The notes under the pieces: generated by a model
The model's database searches: none
Told to the model about the DNA's origin: nothing
Seen by the model: only the letters and a program-made list of their open reading frames with translations
Position numbers and translations under genes: made by a program
In this document: piece after piece, positions 37,508-50,994 of the stretch
How positions within the stretch are numbered: the first letter of the stretch is position 1
How the letters are laid out: each line of letters begins with the position of its first letter
Origin: Malacoraja senta
Lineage: Eukaryota
Assembly (NCBI GenBank): GCA_038087875.1
Contig: CM075996.1
Span: 7,318,001-7,382,000 of the forward strand
Direction of reading: 5' to 3'
DNA: 64,000 nt

Positions 37508-39126
37508 GGAGCAGCCCCTTTAGGTATTGGAACAGTGGCTGCAGCCACTGAACCTTTCACGGTTGGCAGTCACTTACACTTGCAGCATGCTATAGACTTT
37601 AGCGATACTGCGCGGAAACAGGCCCTTCGGCCCACCCCGACCACCATTCACCCCGTGCTCTCCATCTACACCTCGCGCTGCCTCGGCAAGGCCAGCAGCA
37701 TAATCAAGGACGAGTCGCACCTTGGCCACTCCCTCTTCTCCCCTCAGGCAAAAGGTACAGAAGTGAGAAAACGCACACCTCCAGATTCAAGGACAATTTC
37801 TTCCCAGCTGTCAACTTGAAGTTAGAGAGATCAATCTTCATACCGAATATTCTAACTTCAAGTAACCCCGGCATTCCTTCTCTCTCCATCCCTCCCCCAC
37901 CCAAGTCGCACCAGCTTCTCGTTTTCACCCAACAAATAGCTAACAGTGTTTAAGAAGGAACTGCAGATGCTGGAAAATCGAAGGTAGACAAAAATGCTGG
38001 AGAAACTCAGCGGTTGCGGCAGCATCTATGGAGCGAAGGAAATAGGTAACGTTTCGGGCCGAGACCCTTCTTCAGACTAACAATGGCCTGTTTCCTTTGT
38101 TACTTTTTTGCATATCTTTCATTCATTGTTCTTTATCTCTCTATATCATCATTTATGTCTCTCGTTTCCCTTTTCCCTGACTCGTCTGAAGAAGGGTCTC
38201 GACCCGAAACGTCACCCATCCCTTCTCTCCAGAGATGCTGCCTGACCCGCTGAGTTACTCCAGCTTTTTGTGTCTATCTTCGGTTTAAACCAGCATCTGC
38301 AGTTCCTTCCTACACAATATTCATACCGGAGGTAGACACAAAATGCTGGAGTAATTCAGCGGGTCAGGCAGCATCTCTGGAGGAAAGGAATAGGTGACGT
38401 TTTGGGTGGAGACCCTTCTTCAGATGTTTCTTGACCTGAAATGTCACCTATTCCTTCTCTCCAGAGATGCTGTCTGACCCGCTGAGTTACTCCAGCTTTT
38501 GGTGTCTATCTTCAGTTGTCTTCAGGTCCTCCCTACTCAATATTCATACCGCTGGGGTGTAAGCTGCCCCAAGCGAAATATGAGGTGCTGTTCCTCCTAT
38601 TTACATGTGGCCTCACTCTGACAGTGGAGGAGGCCCAGGACAGAAAGGTCAGTGTGGGAGACGGACACAAAATGCTGGAGTAACTCAACGGGACAGGCAG
38701 CATCTCTGGAGAGAAGGAATGGGTGACGTTTCGGGTCGAGACCCTTCTTCAGACTGATCAGTATGGATGTGGGAAGGGCTATGTGGGAAGGGGAAGGGGA
38801 GTTAAAATGTCTGGCAACTGGGAGATCGCATAGGCCCAAGGTGGACTGAGCATAAGTATTGACCGAAACAATCGCCAGTCTGCGTTTGGTCTCATAAGGT
38901 CAATAAGTGATAGGAGTAGAATTAGGCCACTCGGCCCATCATGTCTAGTCCACCATTCAATTATGGCTTATCTATCTCTCCCTCCTAACCCCATTCTCCT
39001 GCCTTCTCCCCATAACCGCTGACACCCATACTAATCAAGAATCTATCTATCTCTGCCTTAAAAATATCCACTGACTCGACTGAATTCCACAGATTCACCA
39101 CCCTCTGACAATTAGAGAGTAACAAT

Positions 39127-39930
39127 CCTCATCTCCTTCTCTTCTTCTTCAGCCCTTTGCTCCTCCAGGGAGCATCCAGGCCATTGACAAATGTCCTCCA
39201 CCTCACTCGGATGTTGGCAGTTCTTTCGAGATCTCCCCAGTTAAGCCCACTCTCAGACATTTCTGCCTGGACATCTCTTCTCCCAGCTGTTCCTGGGGTG
39301 ATCTCTTTTCCTTTTTCCTTGGGGGTTCCATTTCCGGACTTTCCCAGGTGATGTTTGTAGCAGGTTTCCTGAGGGCGTGTCCAATCCAACTCCATTTTCT
39401 CATTCTGCTTCTCTCCCTCCTCTTCCTGTCCAGAGTAGATAATGGACTGCCCACTGACCAATTTGATCTCCCCTGACTGTGCCCATCTTGTTTCAGCCAA
39501 GCCCAGGACTAAGAATTTGTAGCACACCATTTCGCTGGCAATTGTGGCAGCCTTGCCATCCTGGAACATGGTTCGGATGTTCCATGTCCCCACAAGGATG
39601 GATTTCTTGGCGTCAGAAGGTGTGTCAGCTTCCCAGCGCCCTTGGCTGGGAAGCGTCATGTTCCCCATCGCTGGGCCACCTTCTTCAACCAAGTGTGTCA
39701 TTTGGTTTTCATTCGTTCAAAGTTTCTGTAACTCACACTTTTTTCCAGGGTGGGGTAGTTAACCCCACGCCCAACCCCCAACCTGGAGGACCAGGGACTG
39801 CTTCATCTGCCTCCTCACCCGGGACCTGTCCGGTTTGGTTGAATCTGCCAGGGATATGAATAATAGCTCTCAGGATCACTGGAGTACACAAGCCTCTTCT
39901 CCACGTCAAGGTTGCAGTCCAGGAGAGGAC
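39127..39930 (-). mobile_element. Internally deleted (bipartite) RTE-clade LINE
   Basis: RTE-type 5'UTR (GGACTGCAACCTTGACGTGG...GGGTTGGGCGTGGGGTTAACTACCCCACCCTGGAAAAA). APE N-terminus VGTWNIRTM...LGLAETRW is joined directly to the C-terminus KWSWIGHALRK...RVRWRTFVNGL, then a (GAA)n tail. Confidence 0.82.
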
Positions 39931-40831
39931 ATCCTTCCTCAGGAAACATAGAAAACATATAAAATAGGTGGAGGAGGAGGCCATTCGGCCCTTCGAGCCA
40001 GCACCGCCATTCATTGTGATCATGGCTGATCGTCCCCCAATCAATAACCCATGCCTGCCTACTCCCCATATCCCTTGATTCCACTGGCCCCTAGAGCTCT
40101 ATCTAACTCTCTCTTAAATCCATCCAGTGATTTGGCCTCCACTGCCCTCTGTGGCAGGGAATTCCACAAACTCACAACTCTCTGGGTGAAAAAGTTTGTT
40201 CTCACCTCAGTTTTAAATGGCCTCCCCTTTATTCTAAGAAACATAGAAACATAGAAAATAGGTGCAGGAGTAGGCCATTCGGCCCTTCGAGCCTGCACCG
40301 CCATTCCATATGATCATGGCTGATCATCCAACTCAGTATCCTGTACCTGCCTTCTCTCCATACCCCCTGATCCCTTTAGCCACAAGGGTCACATCTAAGT
40401 CCCTCTTAAATATAGCCAATGAACTGGCCTCAACTACATTCGGTGGCAAAGAATTACACAGATTCACCACTCTCTGTGTGAAAAATGTTTTTCTCATCTC
40501 GGTCCTAAAAGACTGTGGCCCCTGGGTTCTGGACTCGCCCAACATTGGGAAAACATTTCCTGCACCTAGCTTGTACAGTCCTTTTATAATTTTATATATA
40601 TATATATATATGTATATATATACATATATATTTTTTAAAGAACGTCTTTTCATTCTGAGGCTACGGCCTCTAGTCCTAGACTCTCCCACTAGTGGAAACA
40701 TCCTCTCCACATCCACGATATCCAGGACTTTCACTATTCTGGACGTTTCAATGAGGTCCCCCCCCTCCCTCAACCTTCTAAACTCCCATCGAGTAGAGGC
40801 CCAACGCGGACAAACGCTCATCATAGGTTAA

Positions 40832-41271
40832 AGGGCCTGTCCGACTTTCACGACTTAATTCAAAACCTCTGCTGGAGTTTAAAGGACCTAAAAAAAAAAT
40901 CAAGATGGTGGTAATCTACGAACTCCTATGACCTTCCACGACTATGTTCACGGACTCCTACGAGTATGTCTACCAATTCCCACGACTATTTCGATGCCCT
41001 CCTTACGAGTAAAAAGTTGCTATTTCTTTCATCCCGACCATTTCTTTACTCGTGGACATTTTTTTATCGTGCTGGGAAAAACATCCCGACTTACCCGATG
41101 CCACGAGTACCTACGGCTGGCATAACGAGCCGCTACGATGTATCTACGGACTCCTACAACCTCCTACGGACTCGTTACGAATATTCTGTAACGAGTCCGT
41201 AGGGGAACTCGTTGAATCAGGGGAAAACTCGGGAGAATTCGTGAATAACTCGGGAAAGTGGGACAGGCCCT
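40832..41271. mobile_element. PIF/Harbinger-type MITE
   Basis: TIR AGGGCCTGTCC(G/C)ACTTTC; TAA duplication. Confidence 0.85.
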
Positions 41272-44229
41272 TAATCCTACTGATACTGATTCCTCCTAAT
41301 AGAATAAATCAGACCAATTCCTGACGAGTTGGTCTCCATTTGCCGTCTTTTTGGAATCATATGGTGCAACACAATTGTAGAAGCTAACTGTTCCAGGACT
41401 GGGTGAGGGATGGTCAAGATTATAAATAACGATCTCCTTACTTTTCTCTTATTATTTTCTACTCTCTTTTTTCTATTTTCTTTTCTTCAATTTCTTCTTC
41501 ACTCTTTTTTTTCTTTTTCACACACTATGTACCTCACGTTTTTCTATCTTTTACTATCTACTTTCTTTTTCTTATTCTTCTTTATCATAATAAAAAAAAT
41601 AAGAAGCTGTACATAAAATGTATGATGTCATTATATATTAGGCACTTTGGTGCCATATGATTGTACTTACTTCTAATAAAATAAAAATATTTTTTTTAAA
41701 CTTTTAAAAAACTACTCGCCAATGTATGGGACGGTAAATACTCTTCTGTTCCCTGCACGGTGCTGCCTCCAGCGATGTTGTCATCATATTTGCAAAGAAA
41801 GCCCTCTATCCCACCCAAAGTCTTTATTGTTACTCTCTAATTGCTTTAGAGAAGCCAAGCCAAGCCAAGCAGGAAATCCTATTAACTCTGGGGAGGATCC
41901 TGCATGTCCTGTTTGTTCGGTGCGCTTCATAGTTCCCAGGCTTCGCCCGCGGTGAGCACCCTGCCTTCCTATTGTCAGTTTAAAATCTGAACAGGACAGA
42001 CCAACAGCGATGGAGAGAAAAAAAAACATCAACTTGGATTTATACACACACCAGACAGCACAAAGTGCTGGAGTAACTCAGCGGGACAGGCGGCATCTCT
42101 GGAGAATGATTCATTCTCACTCGGGGGCGGCACGGTGGCGCAGCGGTGGAGTCGCTGCCATGCAGCACCCGGTTCGATCCTGGCCACGGGTGCTTGCCTG
42201 TACGGAGTTTGTACGTTCTCCCCATGACCTCCGTCTGTTTTTTCCCCCCGAGATCTTCGGTTTCCCCTCACGCTCCAAAGACGTACAGGATTGTAGGTGA
42301 ATTGGCTCGGTATATGTAAAAAACATAAATTGTCCCCCAGTGCATGTATTAATGTTAATGCTAACATGTGTAACTGTGCGGGAGACCGCTGGTAGGCCCG
42401 GACTCGGTGGGCCGAAGGGCCTGTTTCCGCCGCGTATCTCTAAACTAAACTAAACTCCACAACTATCAGGCTCTGAGAATTCCAGAGATCGACCACTCTC
42501 CGAATGAAGAAGGTGACCAGCTTCGTCACCTATCCATGTTCTCCAGAGATCCTGCCTGGCCCGTTGAGTTACTCTAGCACGATGTTGCTATCTCTGCAAG
42601 AAGCCCCCTACACATCTCCGTCCTCAGTGAACGCTCTTTATCCTGTGACTAGGCCACCCATCCCCAATTCCAGACTCTCCCACTAATGGAGGCGTCTCAA
42701 ACATCTACCCTGTCATGCCCGCCAACAGCTAATTCAGTACGATCACCACTCATCCTTCCAAACTTCCAAACTCCAAACAACTCCAAAGAAACCTGAGGAG
42801 GTTGACGACAATGATCCCAGGAATGCGTGGGTGAACCTATGATGAGCGTTTGACAGCACTGGGCCTGTACTCGCTGGAGTTTAGAAGGATGAGGGGGTAC
42901 CTCATTGAAACTTACCAAATAGTGAAAGGCCTGGATAGAGTGGATGTGGAGAGGATGTTTCCACTAATGGGAGAGTCTAGGACCAGAGGTCACAGCCTCA
43001 AAATTAAAGGACGTTCCCTTAGGAAGGAGATGAGGAGGATTTTCTTTAGTCGGAGTGTTGTGGAGGCCAAATCAATGGGTATATTTAAGGCAGAGACAGA
43101 TAGATTCTTGATTAGTATGGGTGTCAGGGGTTATGGGGAGAAGGCAGGAGAATGGGGAGAGATAGATCAGCCATGATTGAATGGTGGAGTAGACTTGATG
43201 GGCCGAATGGCCTAATTCTGCTCCTATCACTTATGACCTGATGAACATTGCTCCAATGAGCCGCTTAGGCGAAGACAACCTACAGGTTACTGTGGCCATG
43301 TTTGTACCACGTGCTGTAAGCCTCACCTGGACACCTTTCATTGCTCTCTCAATGTCACAACCTGACACTCCAAGTGCTCGTGTAGATACAGGGAACTGCA
43401 GATGCAGCTTCACAAAAAAAAGTCACAAAGTGTTGGAATAAGTAGGAGGAGTAGGAGTAGGGATACTTTATTGTCACATGTGACTAGGCAGAGTGAGATT
43501 CTTTGTTTGCAAACACAACAGCGGCCATCTACGACGCTGGCAAAGTTACAAAGCACGCCGGCTCCCCCTTTTGTCCCCCCCCCCCCACACGCCGGGTCCT
43601 CCATTGTTCTTCCCCTCCCCCCTCACGGTGGTCCTCCACGCTCTCACCGACCGTCGACCGCGGGTCGACCCGCGAGGCTTCACCGCCGCCGCTAGGCCTC
43701 ACCACTACCGACGGCCCGCTTCATGCCTCCGTGGCGCCTACCTGGGCCCCAGCCGCAGGCTCCGTCGGCCACTCCGCCGACCCGGGCTTCTACCCACGAG
43801 GCCCCGACCCAGGCTTCTACCCACGAGGCCCCGACCCGGGCTTCTACGCGACGATCCGGGAGGCATCGAGACTGCGGGCGCCTCGACAAACAAGGCCTCC
43901 GGCCATGATCGCACAGTCCACAGCCGCGGCCCGTCGGGAAGCCGACTGAATTAACAGGTCAGGCAGCAACTCTGGAGGACATGGATAGGCGATGTTTCAG
44001 TTCGGGACCCTTCTACAGGCTGTTTGTTGGGAAGGGGAGGAAAACGGGAAGAAGGGGGGGGGGGGTAGCTGGACAAAGCCTGGAAGGTAACACCTTTATA
44101 CAGGTGAGGTGAGAGGGGGGGGAGGGGGGAGTTGATAGGCTAACGGTTGGATAAAAACCAGAGACGAAAACACAAAAGCTGTGAGATAAAAGGATTGAAC
44201 GGTCGCGAATTGTGAAGCGAGAGGGAGGA

Positions 44230-44374
44230 ATGTAGGTGTAGGTGTAGGTGTAGGTGTAGGTGTAGGTGTAGGTGTAGGTGTAGGTGTAGGTGTAGGTGTA
44301 GGTGTAGGTGTAGGTGTAGGTGGAGGTGGAGGTGGAGGTGGAGGTGGAGGTGGAGGTGGAGGTGGAGGTGGAGG
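44230..44374. repeat. Compound hexamer microsatellite (GGTGTA)n(GGTGGA)n
   Basis: Directly visible. Confidence 0.97.
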
Positions 44375-47300
44375 TGAGAGATAGGTATGATTGAAGTTAA
44401 GGCATGGGAGGAGAAAGGGTGGTGAAGAGGGTCCACAGAGTCCGCACCAGCCAATGATCACCAGTACTCTGCTTCTAACCTACACATGAGGGACAATTTA
44501 CCGAAGCCAATTAACCGACAAACCCGCACGGCTTTGGAACGCGGGAAGAAGCCGGAGCACCCGGAGAAAACCCACGCAGGTCACGGGGAGAACGGACAAA
44601 CTCTACAGACAGCACCCGTAGTCAGGATCAAACCCGGGGTTTTGGTGTGCAAGAGACACAAAAGGCTGGAGTAACTCAGCGGGACAGGCAGCATCTCTGG
44701 AGAAAAGGAATGGATGATATTTCGGGTCATAGAAACATAGAAATTAGGTGCAGGAGTAGGCCATTCGGCCCTTCGAGCCTGCACCGCCATTCAATATGAT
44801 CATGGCTGATCATCCAACTCAGTATCCCGTACCTGCCTTCTCTCCATACCCTCTGATCCCTTTAGCCACAAGGGCCACATCTAACTCCCTCTTAAATATA
44901 GCCAATGTCGTGACACTTTGTTCTATATCTCTCTACATCACCGTCTATATCCGTTTCCCTTTCCTCTGACTCTCAGTCTGAAGAAGGGTCTCGACCCCGA
45001 AACGTCGCCCATTCCTTCTCTCCAGAGATGCTGCCTGACCCGCTGAGTTACTCCAGCATTTTGTGTCTATCTTCGATGTAAACCGACATCTCCAGTGAAC
45101 CCGGTTCCACCCTGATATCCGGTGCTGTCTGTGAGCGCGGAGTTTGCACGTTTGACTGGCAACATTGGACGGTCACGGTGGCGCAGCGGTAGAGTTGCTG
45201 CCTTACAGCGAATGCAGCGCCGGAGACCCGGGTTCGATCCCCACTACGGGTGCTGACTGCACGAAGTTTTACGCTCTGCACGGGTTTTCTCCGAGATCTT
45301 CAGTATCCCCCAACACTCCAAAGACATAGAAACATAGAAAATAGGTGCAGGAGGAGGCCATTCGGCCCTTCGAGCCAGCACCGCCATTCATTGTGATCAT
45401 GGCTGATCGTCCCCTATCAATAACCCGTCCCTGCCTTCTCCCCATATCCCGTGATTCCACTAGCCCCTAGAGCTCTATCCAACTCTCTCTTAAATCCATC
45501 CAGTGACTTGGCCTCCACTGCCCTCTGTGGCAGGGAATTCCACAAATTCACAACTCTCTGGGTGAAAACGTTTTTTCTCACCTCAGTCTTAAATGGCCTC
45601 CCCTTTATTCTAAGTCTGTGGCCTGTACAGGTTTGCAGGTTAATTGGCTTGGTGAATGAAAAATTGTCCCATGTGGGTGTAGGATGGTGTTATTGTGTGG
45701 GGATCGCTGGTCGGCGCGGATCCGGTGGGCCGAAGGGCCTGTTTCCGCGCTGTATCTCTAAACTAAATATTGCTTCCGCGCTGTATCTCTAAACTAAATA
45801 TTGTTATAGTTCTGTCCTGCACCAGAATCTGCTTGAAACAAACTCTGGGACACAAGGAGAACTTCAGCACATATAACTCCTTTAATGAAGCCTGCCAACA
45901 ACGACAATGTTTGCTGTTGCCCAACATATAAACTGTATCAAACACGTATTACACTTATTTATATATTTACATATACCATATGCGCCATTCCCAAACGAGG
46001 AGAAAATAATGCAATGTGCTGGAGTAACTCAGCGGGTCAGGCAGCATCTCTACAGAGCGGCACAGTGGCGCAGCGGTAGAGTTGCTGCCTCATAGCGCCG
46101 GAGACCTAAGTTCGATCCTGACCGCGGCTGCTGCCTGCACGGAGTTTGTACCTTCTCCCCATGACCTACGTGGGTTTTCTCCGGGAGCTCAGGTTTGTGG
46201 GCGCTGGAGGATTTATTCGGGGACTCGGGGCCTCGGCAGCTGAAAGCACAACCGTCAGCGATGGGGCAGCCAAGTTTAGTTTAGAGTCTAGAGATACAGC
46301 GCTGAAACAGGTCCTGCGGCCCCCCGAGTCCGTACCGGCCAGCGATCCCCTCCACAGTAGCACTATCCTACACGGGGACAATTTACAATCTTTACCGAGG
46401 CCAATTAACCCACAAACCTGCACGTCTTTGGAGTGTGGGAGGAAACCGGAGCACCCGGAGAAAACCCACGCAGGTCACAGGGCGAACGTGCAAACTCTGC
46501 ACAGGCAGCACCCGTGGTCAGGATCGAACCGGGTCTCCGGCACTGCAAGCCTCAGGTTAATTGGCTTGGTGGGTGTGTAAATTGTCCCCTAGTGTGTGCA
46601 GGGCAGTGTTAATGTGCGGGGATCGCTGGTCGGCGCGGACTCGGTGGGCCGAAGGGCCTGTTTCCCCGCTGTGTCTCCAAACTAAACTAAACTGAACTAG
46701 AAGACACCGCCTGACCCGCTGAGTTACTCCAGCACTTTGAGTCCATCTTTAAATCAATCACATGCCTCACCTTCACAAGTTGTCTCAACAAAACTTTTTT
46801 ATATTTACAATATGTACAACATAAATAATATCTTCTTCAATGTCCCTGTCTTGGAGAGATCTCTTGACGATGGTATCATCACAGTTCCAAGATAGAAACA
46901 TATGGAGATATTAAAGTTCTGTTCCTTTTTCCAACCAAGTTCTCATCTAGTAGAGATTTCTTTCACCAGACGGCAACAGGATAAATAGCCCAGGGACTCC
47001 CCTTGGAGTGGGAATGAATTGACTTGAATTCCTGCAAAATTAAAAAGAAAAAGAAATTATAAGTTAATTGAAACATAGAAGATAAAAAAGGAATAGTCCC
47101 AATCCAAAACGTCATTCTGAAGGGTCCCGACCCAAAATGTCACCCATCCATGTTCTCTGGGGGTTCTCTGACCCGCGGAGTTACTCCAGCACTTTGTGTC
47201 TTTTCATAAACATAGAAAGTAGGTGCAGGAGTAGGCCATTCGGCCCTTCGAGCCAGGACCGCCATTCAATATGATCATGGCTGATCATCCCCAATCAGTA

Positions 47301-48611
47301 CCCCGTTCCGGCTTTCTCCCCATATCCCTTGATTCCTTTAGAGCTCCCAAAGAGCTAAATCTAACTCTCTCTTGAAAACATCCAGTGAATTGGCCTCCAC
47401 TGCCTTCTGTGGCAGTTAGTTAGTTAGGTTGCTTTTCTCATCTATTCTCTCCCCCTTACATTAAAATGGTGACCTCACGCTGCCTCGGCAATGCCAGCAG
47501 CATAAATCAAGGATCAGTCGCACCCTGGCCACTCCCTCTTCCCCCCCTCTCCCATCGGGCAAGAGGTACAGAAGTGTGAAAACGCACAACACCAGATTCA
47601 GGGGCAGTTTCTTCCCAGCTGTTATCAGGCAACTGAACCATCCTACCAACAACTAGAGAGCGGTCCTGAGCTACTATCTACCTCATTGGAGACCTTCAGA
47701 CTATCTCTATCTTTGATCGGACTTTACTGGCTTTACCTTGCACTAGACGTTATTCAAGTTAATCCCTTCATCGTGTATCTGTACACTGTGGACGGCTCAA
47801 TTGTAATCATGTATTGTCTTTCCGCTGACTGGTTAGCACGCAACAAAAGCTTTTCACTGTGGGAAGGAACTGCAGATGCTGGTTTACACCGAAGATAGAC
47901 ACAACATACCTGTCTATCCGGGGAGTCTAGAGATATGGGAGGGTAAAAAAAGATACACCTTATCCTCACATATCCTCACTTCCTCCTTCCTGACTCTCAG
48001 TCTGAAGACGGGTCTCGACCCGAAACGTCACCCATTCCTTCTCTCCAGAGATGCTGCCTGTCCCGCTGAGTTACTCCAGCATTTTGTATCTATCTCCTGT
48101 AATTTTCTCTTGCTTAATCTATCGTCCGTGGCGACTTTGCCTTGTCACGCGTGCAATTACGCAACTGTGAAGACAAATTATTTTCCTGTGGTTTTTCTTT
48201 GAAGCGTGCAAGATTTCTACCGAAATTATAATAACTGCTCATTTAATTCTGTGGCACAAATCCAAACCCACATAGAAGTTCTTGCAGTTTCGAAACAAAA
48301 GGATTTGAATGGCTTCCGAAGCAGTGAAACCCTGGTGTTCACTTTCAATTGGAAATTCAATGAGGGGCGGCGGTAGAGTTGCTGCCTTACAGCGCCGGAG
48401 ACCCGGGTTCCATCCTGACTACGGGCGCTGTCTGTGTGGAGTTTGCACGTTCTCCCTGTGACCCGGGCGCCCTCTCACATCCCAACGACATGCAGCTTTT
48501 AATTGGATTCTGTAAATTGTCCCTAATGGGTAAGGTAGAACCAATATGCAGGTGATCGCTGGTCAACGCGGACTCAGTGGGCCAAAGGGCCTGTTTACAT
48601 GCTGTATCTCG

Positions 48612-48945
48612 AAACTAAACTAAATGTAATTAAATTAGACTAACTCAAACTCAAACTAAAATAAACTTAAGTAAACTAAACAAAACAAAATTAAATACAA
48701 CTAAATTTAACTACATTTAACTAAACTAAGCGAAATAAAACAAAACTAAGATAAACTTAACTAAATTAAACTAAATTAAACTAAATTAAACTAAATTAAA
48801 CTAAACTTAACTAAATTAAACTAAATTAAACTAAATTAAACTAAATTAAACTAAATTAAACTAAACTTAACTAAATTAAACTAAATTAAACTAAATTAAA
48901 CTAAACTTAACTAAATTAAACTAAATTAAACTAAACTAAACTAAA
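48612..48945. repeat. Expanded SINE tail (CTAAA/TTAAA)n
   Basis: Continuous with the (CTAAA)n tail of the V-SINE at 48366; ends in a 10-bp periodic CTAAATTAAA array. Confidence 0.92.
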
Positions 48946-49003
48946 AGCATGCAAAACAAAGCTTTTCACTGTACCTCAGTACATGCGACGATAGCAAATC
49001 TAA

Positions 49004-49324
49004 AGGCCCTGTCCCACTTTCCCGAGTTACTCACGAACTCTCCCGAGTTTTCCCCTTGATTCGAACTCGGGGAATTACGGTAACAGCCGTTCGTAGGTAC
49101 TCGGGGCTATTTTTTTAAAACTCGTGGACATTTTTCAACATGTTGAAAAAACGTCCCGACTTACCTGATGCCCCGAGTTCTTACGGCTGGCATTACGAGC
49201 CGTTACGAAACATCTACAGACTCCTACGGGCTCGCTACCGACATTCCCCGACAGTCCCCGAGTTCGAATCAAGGGGAAAACACGGGAGAGTTCGTGAGTA
49301 ACTCGGGAAAGTGGGACAGGGCCT
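49004..49324. mobile_element. PIF/Harbinger-type MITE
   Basis: ~70-bp TIR starting AGGCCCTGTCCCACTTTCCCGAGTTACTCACGAACTCTCCCG; TAA duplication. Confidence 0.9.
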
Positions 49325-50994
49325 TAACTTAACCTACAATTGGGGTCAAGGAAAGAGTGTTCACGTCGCGGCCCTGCTTCCACGAATCTTTCCACCACCA
49401 CGCACAAGAAGCAACAAGACAGACACCATTGTGCGCAGGTGCCGAGATCTTGTGTGTGGACTCGATAAGAAGAAGACCTACAATTGGGATAGGCAACAAA
49501 TGTTGTTCTTGGTAGAGGGAATCACATGTGGCGTGTTGTCCTGAACTGATCCACACGCGGTGTAAATCTGAGCGAGTCAGGATGAAATGCACTGGGGGAT
49601 GGAGGAATGACTTTAGCCAGAGAATGGGGCATCTATTCCCACCCGGCACAGCTGAGGCAAGTAGTAGTCGGACGTGGAAAGGATGTTTCCACTCGCGGGA
49701 GAGTCTAGGACTAGAGGGCACAGCCTCAGAATAAAAGGACGTACCTTTAGGAAGGAGATGAGGAGGAATTTCTTTCGTCCGAGCCTGGTGAGCTGGTGAA
49801 TCTGTGGTGAATTCATTGCCGCAGAAGGCTGTGGAGGCCAAGTCAATGGGTATTTTTGAGCGGAGATTCACAGGTACTTGATTAGTACGGGTGTTAAAGG
49901 TTACGGGGAGAAGACAGAAGAATGGGGTTGAGAGGGAAAGATAGATCAGCCATGATTGAATGGCGGAGTCGACTCGATGGGCTGAATGGCCTAATTCTGC
50001 TCCTATGACTCATGAACTCAAGGAAACCTCAGACACATGGAGGAGAATAATATATTGATGTATTGCATCTGATCAGGGAAATATCTAAGGGACCATCTAA
50101 ATTCAGGTTGCTGCCTTGCAGCGCTTTCAGCACCAGAGACCCCGGGTCCAATCCCAACTACGGGTGCTGTCTGTACGGAGTTTGAACGTCCTCCCCGTGA
50201 CCACGTGGGTTTTCTCCGAGATCTTCGGTTTCCTCCCACACTCCAAAGACGTACAGTGTTTGTAGGTTAATTGGCTTGGTGTAAATGTAAACTTATCCCT
50301 ATTGTGTGTGTGGGATAGTGTTAGTGTGCGGGGTTCGCTGGTCGGTGGGCCGAAGCCAGGTCTCTGCCGCTGTAAGGCAGCAGCTCTACCGCTGCTCCAC
50401 CGTGCCACCAAATTCGATGTCATTAAGTTGGAAAGGGCGGAAAAGAGATTCACAAGATGTTCAAGAAGGAACTGCAGATGCTGGAAAATCGAAGGTAGAC
50501 AAAAATGCTGGAGAAACTCAGCGGGTGAGGCAGCATCTATGGAGCGAAGGAAATAGGCAACGTTTTGGCCCGAAACGTTGCCTATCTACTTCGCTCCATA
50601 GATGCTGCCGGACCCGCTGAGTTTCTCCAGCACTTTTGTCTACCAGAGATTCCCAAGATTACAAGCTTGAGAGATAGGGAGAGGAAGGACAGGCTGGGAC
50701 TTATTTTTCTTTGGATATTGGGAGGCTGAGGGGTGACTTTATTGAGGAGCATAAGATCAAGAGGGCCATGGTTAATGTGAACGCTCACAGTCCTTTTCCC
50801 AGGGTAGAGGATTCTAAAACAAGAGGGGATCCACTTAAGGTGAGAGGGGAAAGATTTTAACAAGAGCTCACTTCTTCACTTTATCATTGAGGGAGTAAAG
50901 TGTATTTGGAATCAATAAACTATGGAATTGTGATATATATTTTTAAATATTGGTGTTTATTGATATACATTAGTTCAGTTTTTTAGTTTAGTTT

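Noticed and set aside
44096..44461. Pro/Thr-rich and His/Leu-rich ORFs
   Set aside because: They are translations of a hexamer microsatellite.
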